Shown piece by piece: positions 28,378 through 38,192 of a stretch of 64,000 nucleotides of DNA. The position numbers and the translations under genes are program-made. Where the stretch lies: positions 4,544,001 through 4,608,000 of the forward strand of contig CBDCXR010000004.1 of NCBI GenBank assembly GCA_965223845.1, read 5' to 3'. This DNA is from Planctomycetota bacterium (GTDB lineage Bacteria; Planctomycetota; UBA8108; SXIK01). The first letter of the stretch is position 1. Every line of letters starts with the position of its first letter. The notes beneath the pieces were generated by a model. That model searched no databases and had not been told where the DNA came from. It saw nothing but the letters and a program-made list of their open reading frames with translations.

Positions 28378-28749
28378 ATGGACCTCGGAAACTTCTCTGT
28401 CAGCTTGGCCGTCAAGGATCTCGCCGGCTCTCGTGAGTTTTACGAGAAGCTGGGGTTTTCGATGGTCGGAGGAGACCCCGAACAGAACTGGATCATCCTT
28501 CGCAACGGTCACGCCATCGTCGGTCTCTTCGAGGGCATGTTCGAAAACAACATCATGACATTCAATCCGGGTTGGTCCCGAGACGGCGATCATCCGAGTT
28601 CTTTCACGGACATTCGCGAGATTCAGAAGCAGCTAAAGGAGAGCGGCCTGAAACCTACTCCCGAGGCTGACGAGTCTACGACGGGGCCGGCGCACTTCAT
28701 GATCACCGATCCGGACGGAAACACGATTCTCTTCGATCAGCACCGTTGA
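28378..28749 (+). CDS. VOC/glyoxalase family protein
   Basis: FSVSLAVKDLAGSREFYEKLGF ... DPDGNTILFDQH. Confidence 0.9.
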   Translation: MDLGNFSVSLAVKDLAGSREFYEKLGFSMVGGDPEQNWIILRNGHAIVGLFEGMFENNIMTFNPGWSRDGDHPSSFTDIREIQKQLKESGLKPTPEADESTTGPAHFMITDPDGNTILFDQHR

Positions 28750-28795
28750 GCGGGAAATCGTAGCGCGGAGCGATCGCCGCGACCGAGTCGGGGCC

Positions 28796-30355
28796 TCAGC
28801 GGGCGTCGTTCGCCTTCTTGTCGTTCCGCGCGCCCTGGTTTCGGCGGCTTTTCTTCGCGTTTTTTTCGTTCTGTTTGTTGGCGGCCTCCTCGGCCTTCCA
28901 AGCGGGCAGCTCGCGAATGCGGTCGTACTCTGGATTTACGCACTTGTCGCGCCACCGCTTCAGACAGGCGAGCAGGGCGGCGTCGGATTCCGGGTATTGG
29001 CCCTTGTCGTCCGTGTCTTTCATCCAATTCGCGAGCAGCCTCCGGTGTCTCTCGAGCGCATCGCGATGCTTCGGGTTGTTCGCGAGATTGTTGATTTCGT
29101 GTGGATCGTTCGAAAGGTCGTACAACTCCTCTGCCGGCTTCTCATCACCGAAGAAGAGTTTCTGCGCACCTTTCATCTCGCCCGCAGCCATCATGCGGCG
29201 AAACTCCTTCGACACTGGCCAAGGATCCTTGTAGCTGGGCTGCATGTAGGGACGGTCGGTCAAGAAGTTCCGCAGGTACTTGTAGCGCGGAGTGACGATC
29301 GCGCGTATGTGCTCGATCGTGTAGTCGCACCGGTCTCGAGCCGCCACGACGAACTCTCGCGGCGTGTGGCTCTCGTCAAAGATATTTCGCCCTTCTACGT
29401 GGGCGGGAACTTCGACACCCGCCATCGCCAACGAGGTCGGACCGATGTCGATACCGCTGATGAGATCGCTGCGCACCTGATCTACGGGCACTCCAGGTCC
29501 TGCGGCGATGAGCGCCATGCGAATCCCGCCCTCGTAGAGGAACTGCTTGTCCCGATGCAGCTTGTACCCGTGATCCGAGAGCAAGATGACGAGGGTCGAT
29601 GCGAGCAATCCGTCGCGCTCGAGCTGTGCGATGATTCTCCCGACCTGCTCATCGGTCCATCGGATGCAGTCGTAGTGGTGGGCGATCTCTTTGCGGACGA
29701 GAGGAATGTCAGGGTAGTAGGGCGGCACGGAAACCGACTTCGGGTCGACGCGTTCATTCGCGGGAAACGGAGGACGATCCTTGCCGCCGCGAAGCTGGAT
29801 CTGGCCGAAGAACGGTTTGTCCTTCGGGCACTTCGCCCACTCGTCACCCTGAAAGTTCATTCGTCCGTAGCTGTTGTAGAGAGCGTCCTTCGACCAACGA
29901 AAGTTGTAGTCGTCTTTGCCATCGTTGAACGTATAGAAGCCGGCCGCGCGAAAATACTCGGGGATCGTTTTGATGCCGCCGGGCAGATCGTGGGCGTCGA
30001 CGTGACTACCGACACGAACGTTTCGATGACTTCGATGCTGATGCGCTCCGATCGACGTCTGCATCATCCCGGTCACGATGCTCGAGCGCGTCGCGGAACA
30101 CACGCCCGCCGGCGTGTAGAAGCGGTCGAAGCGGACCCCCGACTTGGCCAGGCGGTCGATATTCGGCGTATGGGCGCGCTCGTCGCCGTAGCAGCCGAAC
30201 CAACGACTCACGTCCTCGAGATAGATCCAGAGAACGTTGGTCGGCTTCTTCGGACTCGCCGCAGCGTCGGCGGTGAACGTCAGTACGAGAATCGAGACCA
30301 CCGCGTTCGAAACGGCGACCCACACCAGGCGCTTTGAAGAGGGTTCGTGTGTCAT
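28796..30355 (-). CDS. Sulfatase (formylglycine-dependent)
   Basis: NVLWIYLED, TPNIDRLA, CSATRS, SDHG, RDRCD, EELYDL..DPHE; signal peptide. Confidence 0.92.
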   Translation of the reverse strand: MTHEPSSKRLVWVAVSNAVVSILVLTFTADAAASPKKPTNVLWIYLEDVSRWFGCYGDERAHTPNIDRLAKSGVRFDRFYTPAGVCSATRSSIVTGMMQTSIGAHQHRSHRNVRVGSHVDAHDLPGGIKTIPEYFRAAGFYTFNDGKDDYNFRWSKDALYNSYGRMNFQGDEWAKCPKDKPFFGQIQLRGGKDRPPFPANERVDPKSVSVPPYYPDIPLVRKEIAHHYDCIRWTDEQVGRIIAQLERDGLLASTLVILLSDHGYKLHRDKQFLYEGGIRMALIAAGPGVPVDQVRSDLISGIDIGPTSLAMAGVEVPAHVEGRNIFDESHTPREFVVAARDRCDYTIEHIRAIVTPRYKYLRNFLTDRPYMQPSYKDPWPVSKEFRRMMAAGEMKGAQKLFFGDEKPAEELYDLSNDPHEINNLANNPKHRDALERHRRLLANWMKDTDDKGQYPESDAALLACLKRWRDKCVNPEYDRIRELPAWKAEEAANKQNEKNAKKSRRNQGARNDKKANDAR

Positions 30356-30414
30356 GGTCAGAGTGTACGACGGCGGTTGAAGAAAGGAGGGCGGAGGATT
30401 CGCGACATTCTTCT

Positions 30415-31809
30415 TTAGTCGAGCACGCCCCGAACCACCTCACCGTGAACGTCCGTGAGACGGAAATCGCGGCCACTGTGGCGGAAGGTGAGACGCTCGT
30501 GGTCGATACCGAGCAAGTAGAGGATCGTCGCGTGGAGATCGTGAATGTGAACCTTGTCGCGCGTTGCGAAGTAACCGTATTCGTCGGTCTCCCCGTAGCG
30601 GATCCCCGGCTTGAATCCACCACCCGCAGCCCAAACGGTGTACCCGAACGGATTGTGGTCACGCCCGTCCGCGCCTTGAGCGTTCGGTGTGCGACCGAAT
30701 TCACCGCCCCAGAGAACGATCGTCTCATCCAGTAGGCCTCGGCTTGCGAGGTCGCGAAGAAGACCGGCGACGGCGCGGTCGGTCGCGAGGGCGTTGCGCC
30801 GGTGTCCATCCTCGAGCTTTCCGTGCTGGTCCCAGCGATCCGCCTTCACGCGAGGCGCGAGAACCTCGACGAAGCGAACTCCACTCTCGACGAGCCGCCG
30901 TGCGAGCAGACAACGCGATCCAAAGAGCTCCGTCGATTTGCGATCGATGCCGTAGAGTCGCTTCGTCGCCGCAGACTCTCCGCTCAAATCGACGAGCGAC
31001 GGAACGGCGCTCTGCATGCGAAACGCGCGCTCATAGCTCTCGATGAGAGCATCGACGCGCGAGTCGCTCGAGCTTGCGGCGGACGCTCGCTGGAGCGCTC
31101 GTATCGCGTCGATTTTTCCGCGCTGAGCGCCGGGGGCTGCTTCGAGCGGCTCGATGTACTCGATCGGTGCATCGTGCCGCGTAAAGAGCGTGCCGCGGGT
31201 AGACGTCGGAAGAAACCCGTTCCCCCAGGTCGGCGAACCCGCGGACGGCCCCTGTCCGCAGTCGAGGACGACGAAGGCCGGGAGGTCGTCGTTCGCACTC
31301 CCAAGGCCGTAACTCAGCCACGAGCCGATACTCGGCTTCCCGGCCATCGCGTAGCCCGTGTGCGAGATCAAGCACGCCGACGAGTGATTCGAGATGCCGT
31401 GGTGCATCGATCGAATGATGGCGAGTTCGTCAACGCACTCCGCGACGTGAGGGAAGATCTCGCTCACCCATGCACCGCTCTCCCCGTATCGATCGAATCG
31501 AAACGGGGAGCGAAAGATCTTCTTCCCGATATTGAAAACGGTGTTCGGCACATCGAACGGGATCGGCTTCCCGTGATCGCGGTCGAGACGCGGCTTCGGA
31601 TCGAAGGTATCGATCTGGCTCGGCCCCCCTTCCATATAGAGGTAGATCACGGATCGAGCCCGCGGAGCGACGTGCACCGACGCCCGCGACTCGCGGGCGA
31701 GGAGAGCCGTGAGTGCGAGCGAACCGAAGCCGTTCGTCGCGCGATGGAGCATCTCCCGGCGCGAATAGTGCCGTGCGGCGCAGAAGTCGGTCGTCGTCGA
31801 TCGAGCCAT
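30415..31809 (-). CDS. DUF1501 domain protein (Tat-exported), copy 1
   Basis: SRREML; GGPSQIDTFDPKP; WDQH; GEFGRTP; GRDH; TGATG coupling to the upstream gene at 31807-31811. Confidence 0.92.
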   Translation of the reverse strand: MARSTTTDFCAARHYSRREMLHRATNGFGSLALTALLARESRASVHVAPRARSVIYLYMEGGPSQIDTFDPKPRLDRDHGKPIPFDVPNTVFNIGKKIFRSPFRFDRYGESGAWVSEIFPHVAECVDELAIIRSMHHGISNHSSACLISHTGYAMAGKPSIGSWLSYGLGSANDDLPAFVVLDCGQGPSAGSPTWGNGFLPTSTRGTLFTRHDAPIEYIEPLEAAPGAQRGKIDAIRALQRASAASSSDSRVDALIESYERAFRMQSAVPSLVDLSGESAATKRLYGIDRKSTELFGSRCLLARRLVESGVRFVEVLAPRVKADRWDQHGKLEDGHRRNALATDRAVAGLLRDLASRGLLDETIVLWGGEFGRTPNAQGADGRDHNPFGYTVWAAGGGFKPGIRYGETDEYGYFATRDKVHIHDLHATILYLLGIDHERLTFRHSGRDFRLTDVHGEVVRGVLD

Positions 31810-34421
31810 CAGCGAAGAATCAGAAATTCTGTCGAATTGAAGAGGACGTGCGCGACGTCGGCCCACGCGCTCGCTTCGGCGCCCGTTCCGTGTACGTGCC
31901 GTCGATCGCTTAGAAACGAACCGAGGATGTCGAGCTCCACCGGGCTCGGATCGCGCGTCAACGCGGCTCGAAACATCTGCCCGAGTCGAGCGTCGTCGCT
32001 TTCGCTCGATACTGACTCCGATGCGCGCGCGTTGCGAATCCCCCACCGCCTCGCCATCTCGTGCACGAAGGGACTGTTCATCATCGCGAGGGCCTGCGCC
32101 GGACCGAGCGAGACATCTCGGCGGGCCACACTCGCTCCTTGATCGGGAAAATCGAAGGTCCCGAGGAACGGGTTCACGAAGTTGCGCCGCACACGAATGT
32201 AGACGCTGCGTCGACCGCTACCATCGAGCGGACCCGAACGCGGGATATGAACAGGCTTGTTGGCCGTCACGTTTGGTGAGAGATACGGGGCAACGCTCTC
32301 GCCGCCGAGAGAGTGGCTCAGCGAGCCTGCGATCGCGAGCATTCCGTCTCGAAGCACCTCAGCTTCGAGGCGCCGGACCGGCATGTGCTGGAGCAGGCGA
32401 TTCTCGGGATCGATCTCGAGCGCCCGCTCGCTCTCCAGTGAGCTCGAGCGGTAGGTTCGCGTGAGTACGAGCGCCCGGACGAGCGACTTTGTCGATCCCC
32501 CGCTCGCATGAAAGCGTAGGGCGAGCCAGTCGAGGAGCTCGGGATGGGTCGGGCGATCTCCGAGGTGCCCGAAGTTGTTCGGTGTGCGGACGATTCCCGC
32601 GCCGAAGAGATGCTGCCAAACACGGTTGACGTAGACGCGCGCAGTCAGCGGATTAGCAGGGGACGCGAGACGATTCGCCAAGTAGCGCCGGCCGCTCCCT
32701 CGGAGATCGGTTTCGCGCGCCCCAATCGCATCGCCCGAATCGGTGCGTAGGGTAGTGTCATCGGACCGCGGCGATTTCGCCCCAACCGATCCGATGGAAC
32801 GATCGAACGCGGAAAGGAATCGGCGCGGAACAATTTCGCCTAGGTTCGAGTGGTCACCGCGACGGTGGAAACGAACGTCGCGACCCTCGACGTCCGTTGC
32901 CGCCGGGGCCCAGAGCGCGGATCTCGGATCCAAGCTCGCGAGCTCCGCTCGGAGCTCGCCGAGTTGATTCTGCAGGCCGACATCGAAGTTGATTTCCGTA
33001 ACCGGAACTTCGACCTTCGTCTTGTTCGCTTGCCGAGCGCGCACACGCCCACGAGCTTTCTTCTGAAGCGCGTCGATTTCCCTCCCGAGCTTCGCAATGC
33101 GCGCGGCTCGTTCGTCCGGGACTCCGCCTTCGCGATCGACCGTCTCGGCGACGAGCGCGCGATTCCTCTCCTCCGTGCTGTGAAAGAATCCCGCGAGCGC
33201 GTAGTAATCGCGCTGAGAGATCGGATCGAATTTGTGATCGTGACAGCGCGCGCAAGCGACGGTGAGACCGAGAAATGCTTTTCCAAGGACGTCGATCTGC
33301 GCGTCGACTTGATCCGCTCGCTGGCCGACGGGATCGATCGGACGAAAGTGCATCTCGTGAAACCAAAGAAAACCGGTCGCGACTGGCGCGATGTTCGACT
33401 CGCCGCGGAGTCCCGCTCGCGGCGACAGGAGATCGCCGGCGATGTGTTCTCCGACAAAACGAGCGAACGGCAAGTCTTCGTTTAGAGCATCGATCACGTA
33501 GTCGCGGTAACGCCACGCATTCGGACGAACTCGATCCTGCACGTGCCCGGCCGTTTCGGTATAGCGGACGACGTCGAGCCAGTGGCGCGCCCAGCGCTCA
33601 CCGAATCGCGGGCTCGCGAGGAGGCGATCGACGACTCGTTCGTAGGCGCGCGGTGAACTGTCGCGATCGAATGCGGCAATCTCGTCAAGAGTCGGCGGAA
33701 GGCCGACCAGGTCGAACGAGACGCGTCGAAGCCACACCCGACGCGACGCGAGCGTAGCCCGTGCGAGGCCTTCCCCGTCGAGCTTCGCCCGAATGAACGC
33801 GTCGACGCCGGAGGCAACGGAATCGAAGGGCTTCTCGGCCGTGGACGGAATCACCGCCGAGTCCAACGGCCGAAGGGACCAGAGATCGTCGGCGACCGGC
33901 GTGCCATCCTCGGCGGGCGAATCGCGACCGGCGGTCGTCGCGGCCTTCGCTCCTCGATCGGCCGGCCACGGCGCGCCGAGCGCGACCCAGCGTTCGAGAT
34001 CCGCGATCTCGCGATCCGACAACTTCCCGCCCGGGGGCATCGCAAGCTTCGGATCGAGATAGCGAACCGCGCGAAGAAGAAGACTCCGATCGGGTTCTCC
34101 CGGCGCAACGACCAGACCTCGGTCGCCGCCGCGAAGGACGCTCTCGCGAAGGTCTAGACGAAGCCCAGACTTCTGCTTCTCTGCACCGTGGCAACCGTGG
34201 CAGTGTTCCGCGAAGAGAGGACGGATTCTCTTTTCGAAGAATTCGATGCGGCCTTGAGAACCAAGAGTCCGCGGATTAGCCGAAGTGACAGGTGGAGCGT
34301 TCGACCTTTGGGAAGAGTCGATACGTTCTTCTTCGCCTGAAGCTCCCGCTTCGAGCAGTAACAGGGTGACGACCAGCGTGATCACGCGACTCCCTCCGTT
34401 CCATCCGCAATTGTCAGTCAT
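31809..34421 (-). CDS. Planctomycete cytochrome c + DUF1549 + DUF1553 protein, copy 1
   Basis: FFEKRIRP..CHGCH; GERWARHWLD; CARCHDHKFDP; NPLTARVYVNRVWQH; PTHPELLDWLA. Start at 34421 or GTG 34385. Confidence 0.92.
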   Translation of the reverse strand: MTDNCGWNGGSRVITLVVTLLLLEAGASGEEERIDSSQRSNAPPVTSANPRTLGSQGRIEFFEKRIRPLFAEHCHGCHGAEKQKSGLRLDLRESVLRGGDRGLVVAPGEPDRSLLLRAVRYLDPKLAMPPGGKLSDREIADLERWVALGAPWPADRGAKAATTAGRDSPAEDGTPVADDLWSLRPLDSAVIPSTAEKPFDSVASGVDAFIRAKLDGEGLARATLASRRVWLRRVSFDLVGLPPTLDEIAAFDRDSSPRAYERVVDRLLASPRFGERWARHWLDVVRYTETAGHVQDRVRPNAWRYRDYVIDALNEDLPFARFVGEHIAGDLLSPRAGLRGESNIAPVATGFLWFHEMHFRPIDPVGQRADQVDAQIDVLGKAFLGLTVACARCHDHKFDPISQRDYYALAGFFHSTEERNRALVAETVDREGGVPDERAARIAKLGREIDALQKKARGRVRARQANKTKVEVPVTEINFDVGLQNQLGELRAELASLDPRSALWAPAATDVEGRDVRFHRRGDHSNLGEIVPRRFLSAFDRSIGSVGAKSPRSDDTTLRTDSGDAIGARETDLRGSGRRYLANRLASPANPLTARVYVNRVWQHLFGAGIVRTPNNFGHLGDRPTHPELLDWLALRFHASGGSTKSLVRALVLTRTYRSSSLESERALEIDPENRLLQHMPVRRLEAEVLRDGMLAIAGSLSHSLGGESVAPYLSPNVTANKPVHIPRSGPLDGSGRRSVYIRVRRNFVNPFLGTFDFPDQGASVARRDVSLGPAQALAMMNSPFVHEMARRWGIRNARASESVSSESDDARLGQMFRAALTRDPSPVELDILGSFLSDRRHVHGTGAEASAWADVAHVLFNSTEFLILR

Positions 34422-34686
34422 CGGACGGCTTCGATCAACGGGGGCGAGACTCGAGCCAGTCAAGCGAACGCGGTTCGGTGATCCCGGTGCAGCGGCCGGG
34501 GGCGGTCCCGGCCGCAAAGCGCTCAACCGTGATCGCCGTAAGCCCGATCGGCAACCGAACAGACTCGGTGGAAGCGGAGCACGGAATCTCTCGACACCAG
34601 ATTGGAGAATCTCCCGAAATGGCTACGATGAGGCTCCTAGAGATTTCGCGATTGACGACTCTCCTCGCACTCAGGAAGTGAAGCGT

Positions 34687-35544
34687 ATGCAAGACACCCC
34701 ACTAGCCGACGGGCGAGCACCTTGGCGCGAGAAGCTGAGGATCATCATCTTCGAGGCCGACACGCGTGCCGGCAAAGCTTTCGACGTCGCGCTTCTGGTG
34801 TCGATCGTGATCAGCGTGAGCGTCGTTATGGCAGAGAGCGTCGAGGAGATACGCGACAGCTACGGCACCGCGCTCGACGTCGCTGAGTGGATTTTCACGA
34901 TTCTCTTCACCGTGGAGTACGTTCTCCGCCTCCTCACAGTTCGACGGCCCGCCCAGTACGCGAGGAGCTTCTTCGGAATCGTCGACGTGCTCGCGATCGT
35001 GCCGACCTACCTGAGCCTGTTCGTTCCGCGCGCGGAGTCGCTGCTCGTGATTCGTGGCCTCCGGCTGCTGCGAGTCTTCCGCGTGTTCAAGCTGGGACGA
35101 TTCCTCGGCGAGGCAAGCTTGCTGACCCGTGCGCTGGTGGCGAGCCGCCACAAGATCATCGTCTTCCTCGGTGCAGTCATGATCCTGGTGACGATCTTGG
35201 GTACGGCGATGTATCTGATCGAGGGTGAGGAGAACGGTTTCACGAGCGCACCGGCCGGCGTGTATTGGGCGATCGTCACCATGACCACCGTCGGCTACGG
35301 AGACATCACGCCACAGACGCTGCTCGGCAAGACGCTCGCCGCGATGGTCATGGTCCTCGGCTACGGCATCATCGCCGTGCCGACCGGCATCGTCACCGCC
35401 GAGATCGTCGAGTCGGCCGTGGGGCTGAAGGTCTCGACGCGCTGCTGCCCAGAGTGCATGAGCGAGGGACATGCGATTGACGCCGAGTACTGTAAGGACT
35501 GCGGCAAGCCACTAGGCGAGAAGACAACGCCCGCCGGATCTTGA
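34687..35544 (+). CDS. Voltage-gated potassium channel (6TM ion transporter) with C-terminal Cys knuckles
   Basis: S4 RGLRLLRVFRVFK; TMTTVGYGD filter; CPEC...CKDCG. Confidence 0.93.
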   Translation: MQDTPLADGRAPWREKLRIIIFEADTRAGKAFDVALLVSIVISVSVVMAESVEEIRDSYGTALDVAEWIFTILFTVEYVLRLLTVRRPAQYARSFFGIVDVLAIVPTYLSLFVPRAESLLVIRGLRLLRVFRVFKLGRFLGEASLLTRALVASRHKIIVFLGAVMILVTILGTAMYLIEGEENGFTSAPAGVYWAIVTMTTVGYGDITPQTLLGKTLAAMVMVLGYGIIAVPTGIVTAEIVESAVGLKVSTRCCPECMSEGHAIDAEYCKDCGKPLGEKTTPAGS

Positions 35545-35592
35545 CTGCTCGCCCCAGCTCCGTCGAGACGAAGGTAGGTCGCTTCCCCAACG

Positions 35593-35913
35593 TCAAAAAC
35601 ACTCGCCGGCAAACATCGGTTCCAGCCGGCGAACCGCACGTGAGAACTTTGTCGCCCGCGTGCGGTGCGAGTGAAGGCTCAGTTCTCGAGATCCTTCGAG
35701 CAGCTCGAGGAATTTGGGACGGAGTGGTTCCTGGAGCTGGTTTGCGAACGACTCTTGAAGACCATTCGAGCGAATCAGTTTCTGCACGTCGACAAGGTCC
35801 TGTGCCCGATGCCCCCAGACGCCGCTCGCGATCTTGAATTCCAGCAACTTTTCTAGCGTTACGACGCGAAGGACATCCCTGACGGCGCCCCACCTACTCC
35901 ACGCGAACGTCAA
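35593..35913 (-). pseudogene. C-terminal remnant of a nucleotidyltransferase-superfamily gene
   Basis: LRVVTLEKLLEFKIASG..HRAQDLVDVQKLI resembles the K..R..D..D helix of AbiEii/NTase-like proteins; no in-frame catalytic N-terminus seen. Confidence 0.45.
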
Positions 35914-36288
35914 ACGACGCTCTCGTCGTCCGGGACGGCTCTACCGTCACCTCTCCGAGGTCGCGGCGCTGTTCCGCTCCCACCGGCTCGCTCGGCGCGA
36001 ACCCTGAAGTCGGACCGAGAGTTCGCCAGACGCCGCCGCGTCGGTCGAGCGACATAGGCCAAAAGAGGGTCTCGGGCCACGGCGAAATCGCTCCCGTTCG
36101 GACGAGGAGTGTGCATCCCGGTGAACCGTTCGCCGGGCCCCGTCCTGTGTGTTCACTGAGATGAGGTCGACGAACGGCGGTCCCGGAAGCGAAATCGGCA
36201 ATGGCTCGGCTCTCTCGTCGCGCTCGGTGCGCGAGTCTGGAGCGGGGGTGTGTGTCGTCACAGCGTGGATCGGAGTTGACGCCGTGCG

Positions 36289-38097
36289 TCATTCGTAAGT
36301 GTGCGCGATAAGCATATCCGCAACGCGTACCGCACCCTGGGTGACGCCCGGTATTGAGGCGACAACGTGAAGCCTCAATGCCTCGTCTGAAATGCGCTCG
36401 GGAAGCTCGAAATACTTCTCGAGCGACACCACGCGACTCCACGATCGCCGCGGAGCGATCGTCACGGTGGTCGCGTCGATCCCCGGAGCCGTGTTCCAGA
36501 CGATGTTCGGCCGAGGGACGAAGAATGAATGATCGCAATCGTTGAGTTCGTCGCGCCGCGATACATAGAATCGAAATCGATCGGTCGGTCGACTGAGGTC
36601 GAAGGAAATGGTTTCGTTGCTGTCGTTAGTCAGGGTGATGCGGACGCGCTTGGAAACGATGGCTCGATCGCTGGATGGCGATGGGGCCGGCGAGTCGGAG
36701 TCCACATTCACGCTGAGACGTCCGCCGAACTCCCAGGGAACGAGACGCAAGCGCGCAGCCTCCCGATGACGCGGGGCGTAGCCTGGGTCGGATGCGATCC
36801 GAGCGAGCTCCCGACGCAGTAAGTCGTACGAATCACCGTCCTTCTCCTCGTACTCCCATCGCTGAGCGAGCGACTCGATCGCGTGGTCGATCACCGATCC
36901 GTTCGAATGCGAGGTAAAGCGGGCGAAAAGCTCGAAATCGAACGGCGCGGCGTCGGATCGTGCGGAGTGAAGAAATGCCGTAATACGCAGCAGGTCGTTT
37001 CCTAACGCGAGTTCTTGCGCCCGGCGCCTCCAGGAATTCAGAGCAAGAACACGGATTACGCTGTAGGCGTTTGTGAGTGCCGCCGCACCAGCTCGGTCGG
37101 AATCGATAAATCTCTCGATGATGCGGATCGAACGACGCCGACCTCCGCGTACGCGCTTGGCCTCGTGCTCCAATCTCCCGACGGCGTGAGACTGTGCTGA
37201 TTCGATGAGATCGGAGGGCCCTGGTCCGGGATTCAAGAGGAACCGCCGGAGCCCCTCGAAATCGGCTCCGTGGACCGCCAGGTCGTCAAAGCGCGCCCTA
37301 ACGATGGAGTCGTGGTGGACGCTCCCCCAACCGACGTTCGAAACCAATTTCGCTCCGTTGCCGTTTTCGGAGTCCTCGTCTTTGGACCAGATGTGACCGT
37401 ACACGCGATACCGGACGCGGCATCGCTTACCGGACTCGGGTGCCCACCCGAGGAGACGTAGGAACGTCCCAGGTTCCAAGCTTGTCGCACCATAGCTGTT
37501 TCCGCAGCTACTCGAGTAGTGCGGTTGAGCGCGTATCCACCCGGACTCAGTCAGCTCTCCTTCGAGCTTGACGCGGTGATGGCCATCCTGATGAGGGATC
37601 GCTACCGCGACGGCGGTGCGGTTCACAAGATAGAGAGCGATCCGCTCGCTCAGCACACTCTTGTAGTCGGCCCAAAGGGTGAGCTCGCCGGCCGGAGCGC
37701 GAACGAAATCCGGGAGTTCGATCTCGTGGCGAGGCGGATCGTAGTATCCGAGCCAGTCGTCGAGTTTGACTCGGGCGGGAAAATCGATGAGATCGACGTC
37801 AACAGGGCCCGGCAGCGGGGTCGCCACGCCCCTCCCTAGCTCGTAGTCGCTCTGCGCATGATCGAGGTCCGCGCCGCGACCAGTCACGATCACGGATACG
37901 TAACGGGAATCGAGCTCACGAAGCCGATCGAATGCCGCCCGACGAACGGCGGCGTCGTGGCTCCTGAGTCGGTGGAGGTACCAGCGCTCGCGGATGGGTG
38001 AATAGCCGTACCTGACCAAGACCACAACTGCCATCACCGCCACGCCGGCCAACGAGAGAAGAAGAAGCCGTCGACCTCTCGGGGAACGCATCGCCAT
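36289..38097 (-). CDS. Hypothetical membrane-anchored protein (short HEAT-like repeat, SCGNSY motif)
   Basis: 602-aa ORF with N-terminal TM and protein-like composition; GGAG before ATG. Confidence 0.6.
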   Translation of the reverse strand: MAMRSPRGRRLLLLSLAGVAVMAVVVLVRYGYSPIRERWYLHRLRSHDAAVRRAAFDRLRELDSRYVSVIVTGRGADLDHAQSDYELGRGVATPLPGPVDVDLIDFPARVKLDDWLGYYDPPRHEIELPDFVRAPAGELTLWADYKSVLSERIALYLVNRTAVAVAIPHQDGHHRVKLEGELTESGWIRAQPHYSSSCGNSYGATSLEPGTFLRLLGWAPESGKRCRVRYRVYGHIWSKDEDSENGNGAKLVSNVGWGSVHHDSIVRARFDDLAVHGADFEGLRRFLLNPGPGPSDLIESAQSHAVGRLEHEAKRVRGGRRRSIRIIERFIDSDRAGAAALTNAYSVIRVLALNSWRRRAQELALGNDLLRITAFLHSARSDAAPFDFELFARFTSHSNGSVIDHAIESLAQRWEYEEKDGDSYDLLRRELARIASDPGYAPRHREAARLRLVPWEFGGRLSVNVDSDSPAPSPSSDRAIVSKRVRITLTNDSNETISFDLSRPTDRFRFYVSRRDELNDCDHSFFVPRPNIVWNTAPGIDATTVTIAPRRSWSRVVSLEKYFELPERISDEALRLHVVASIPGVTQGAVRVADMLIAHTYE

Positions 38098-38192
38098 ACT
38101 CCGAACCTCATTGGGCTCGAATCTGCTTTCTCGATTCCCTCGCTATTCTTAGCCCTCGAAGGAGCCGGAGCAACGGAATCGCCCGAACGGTC

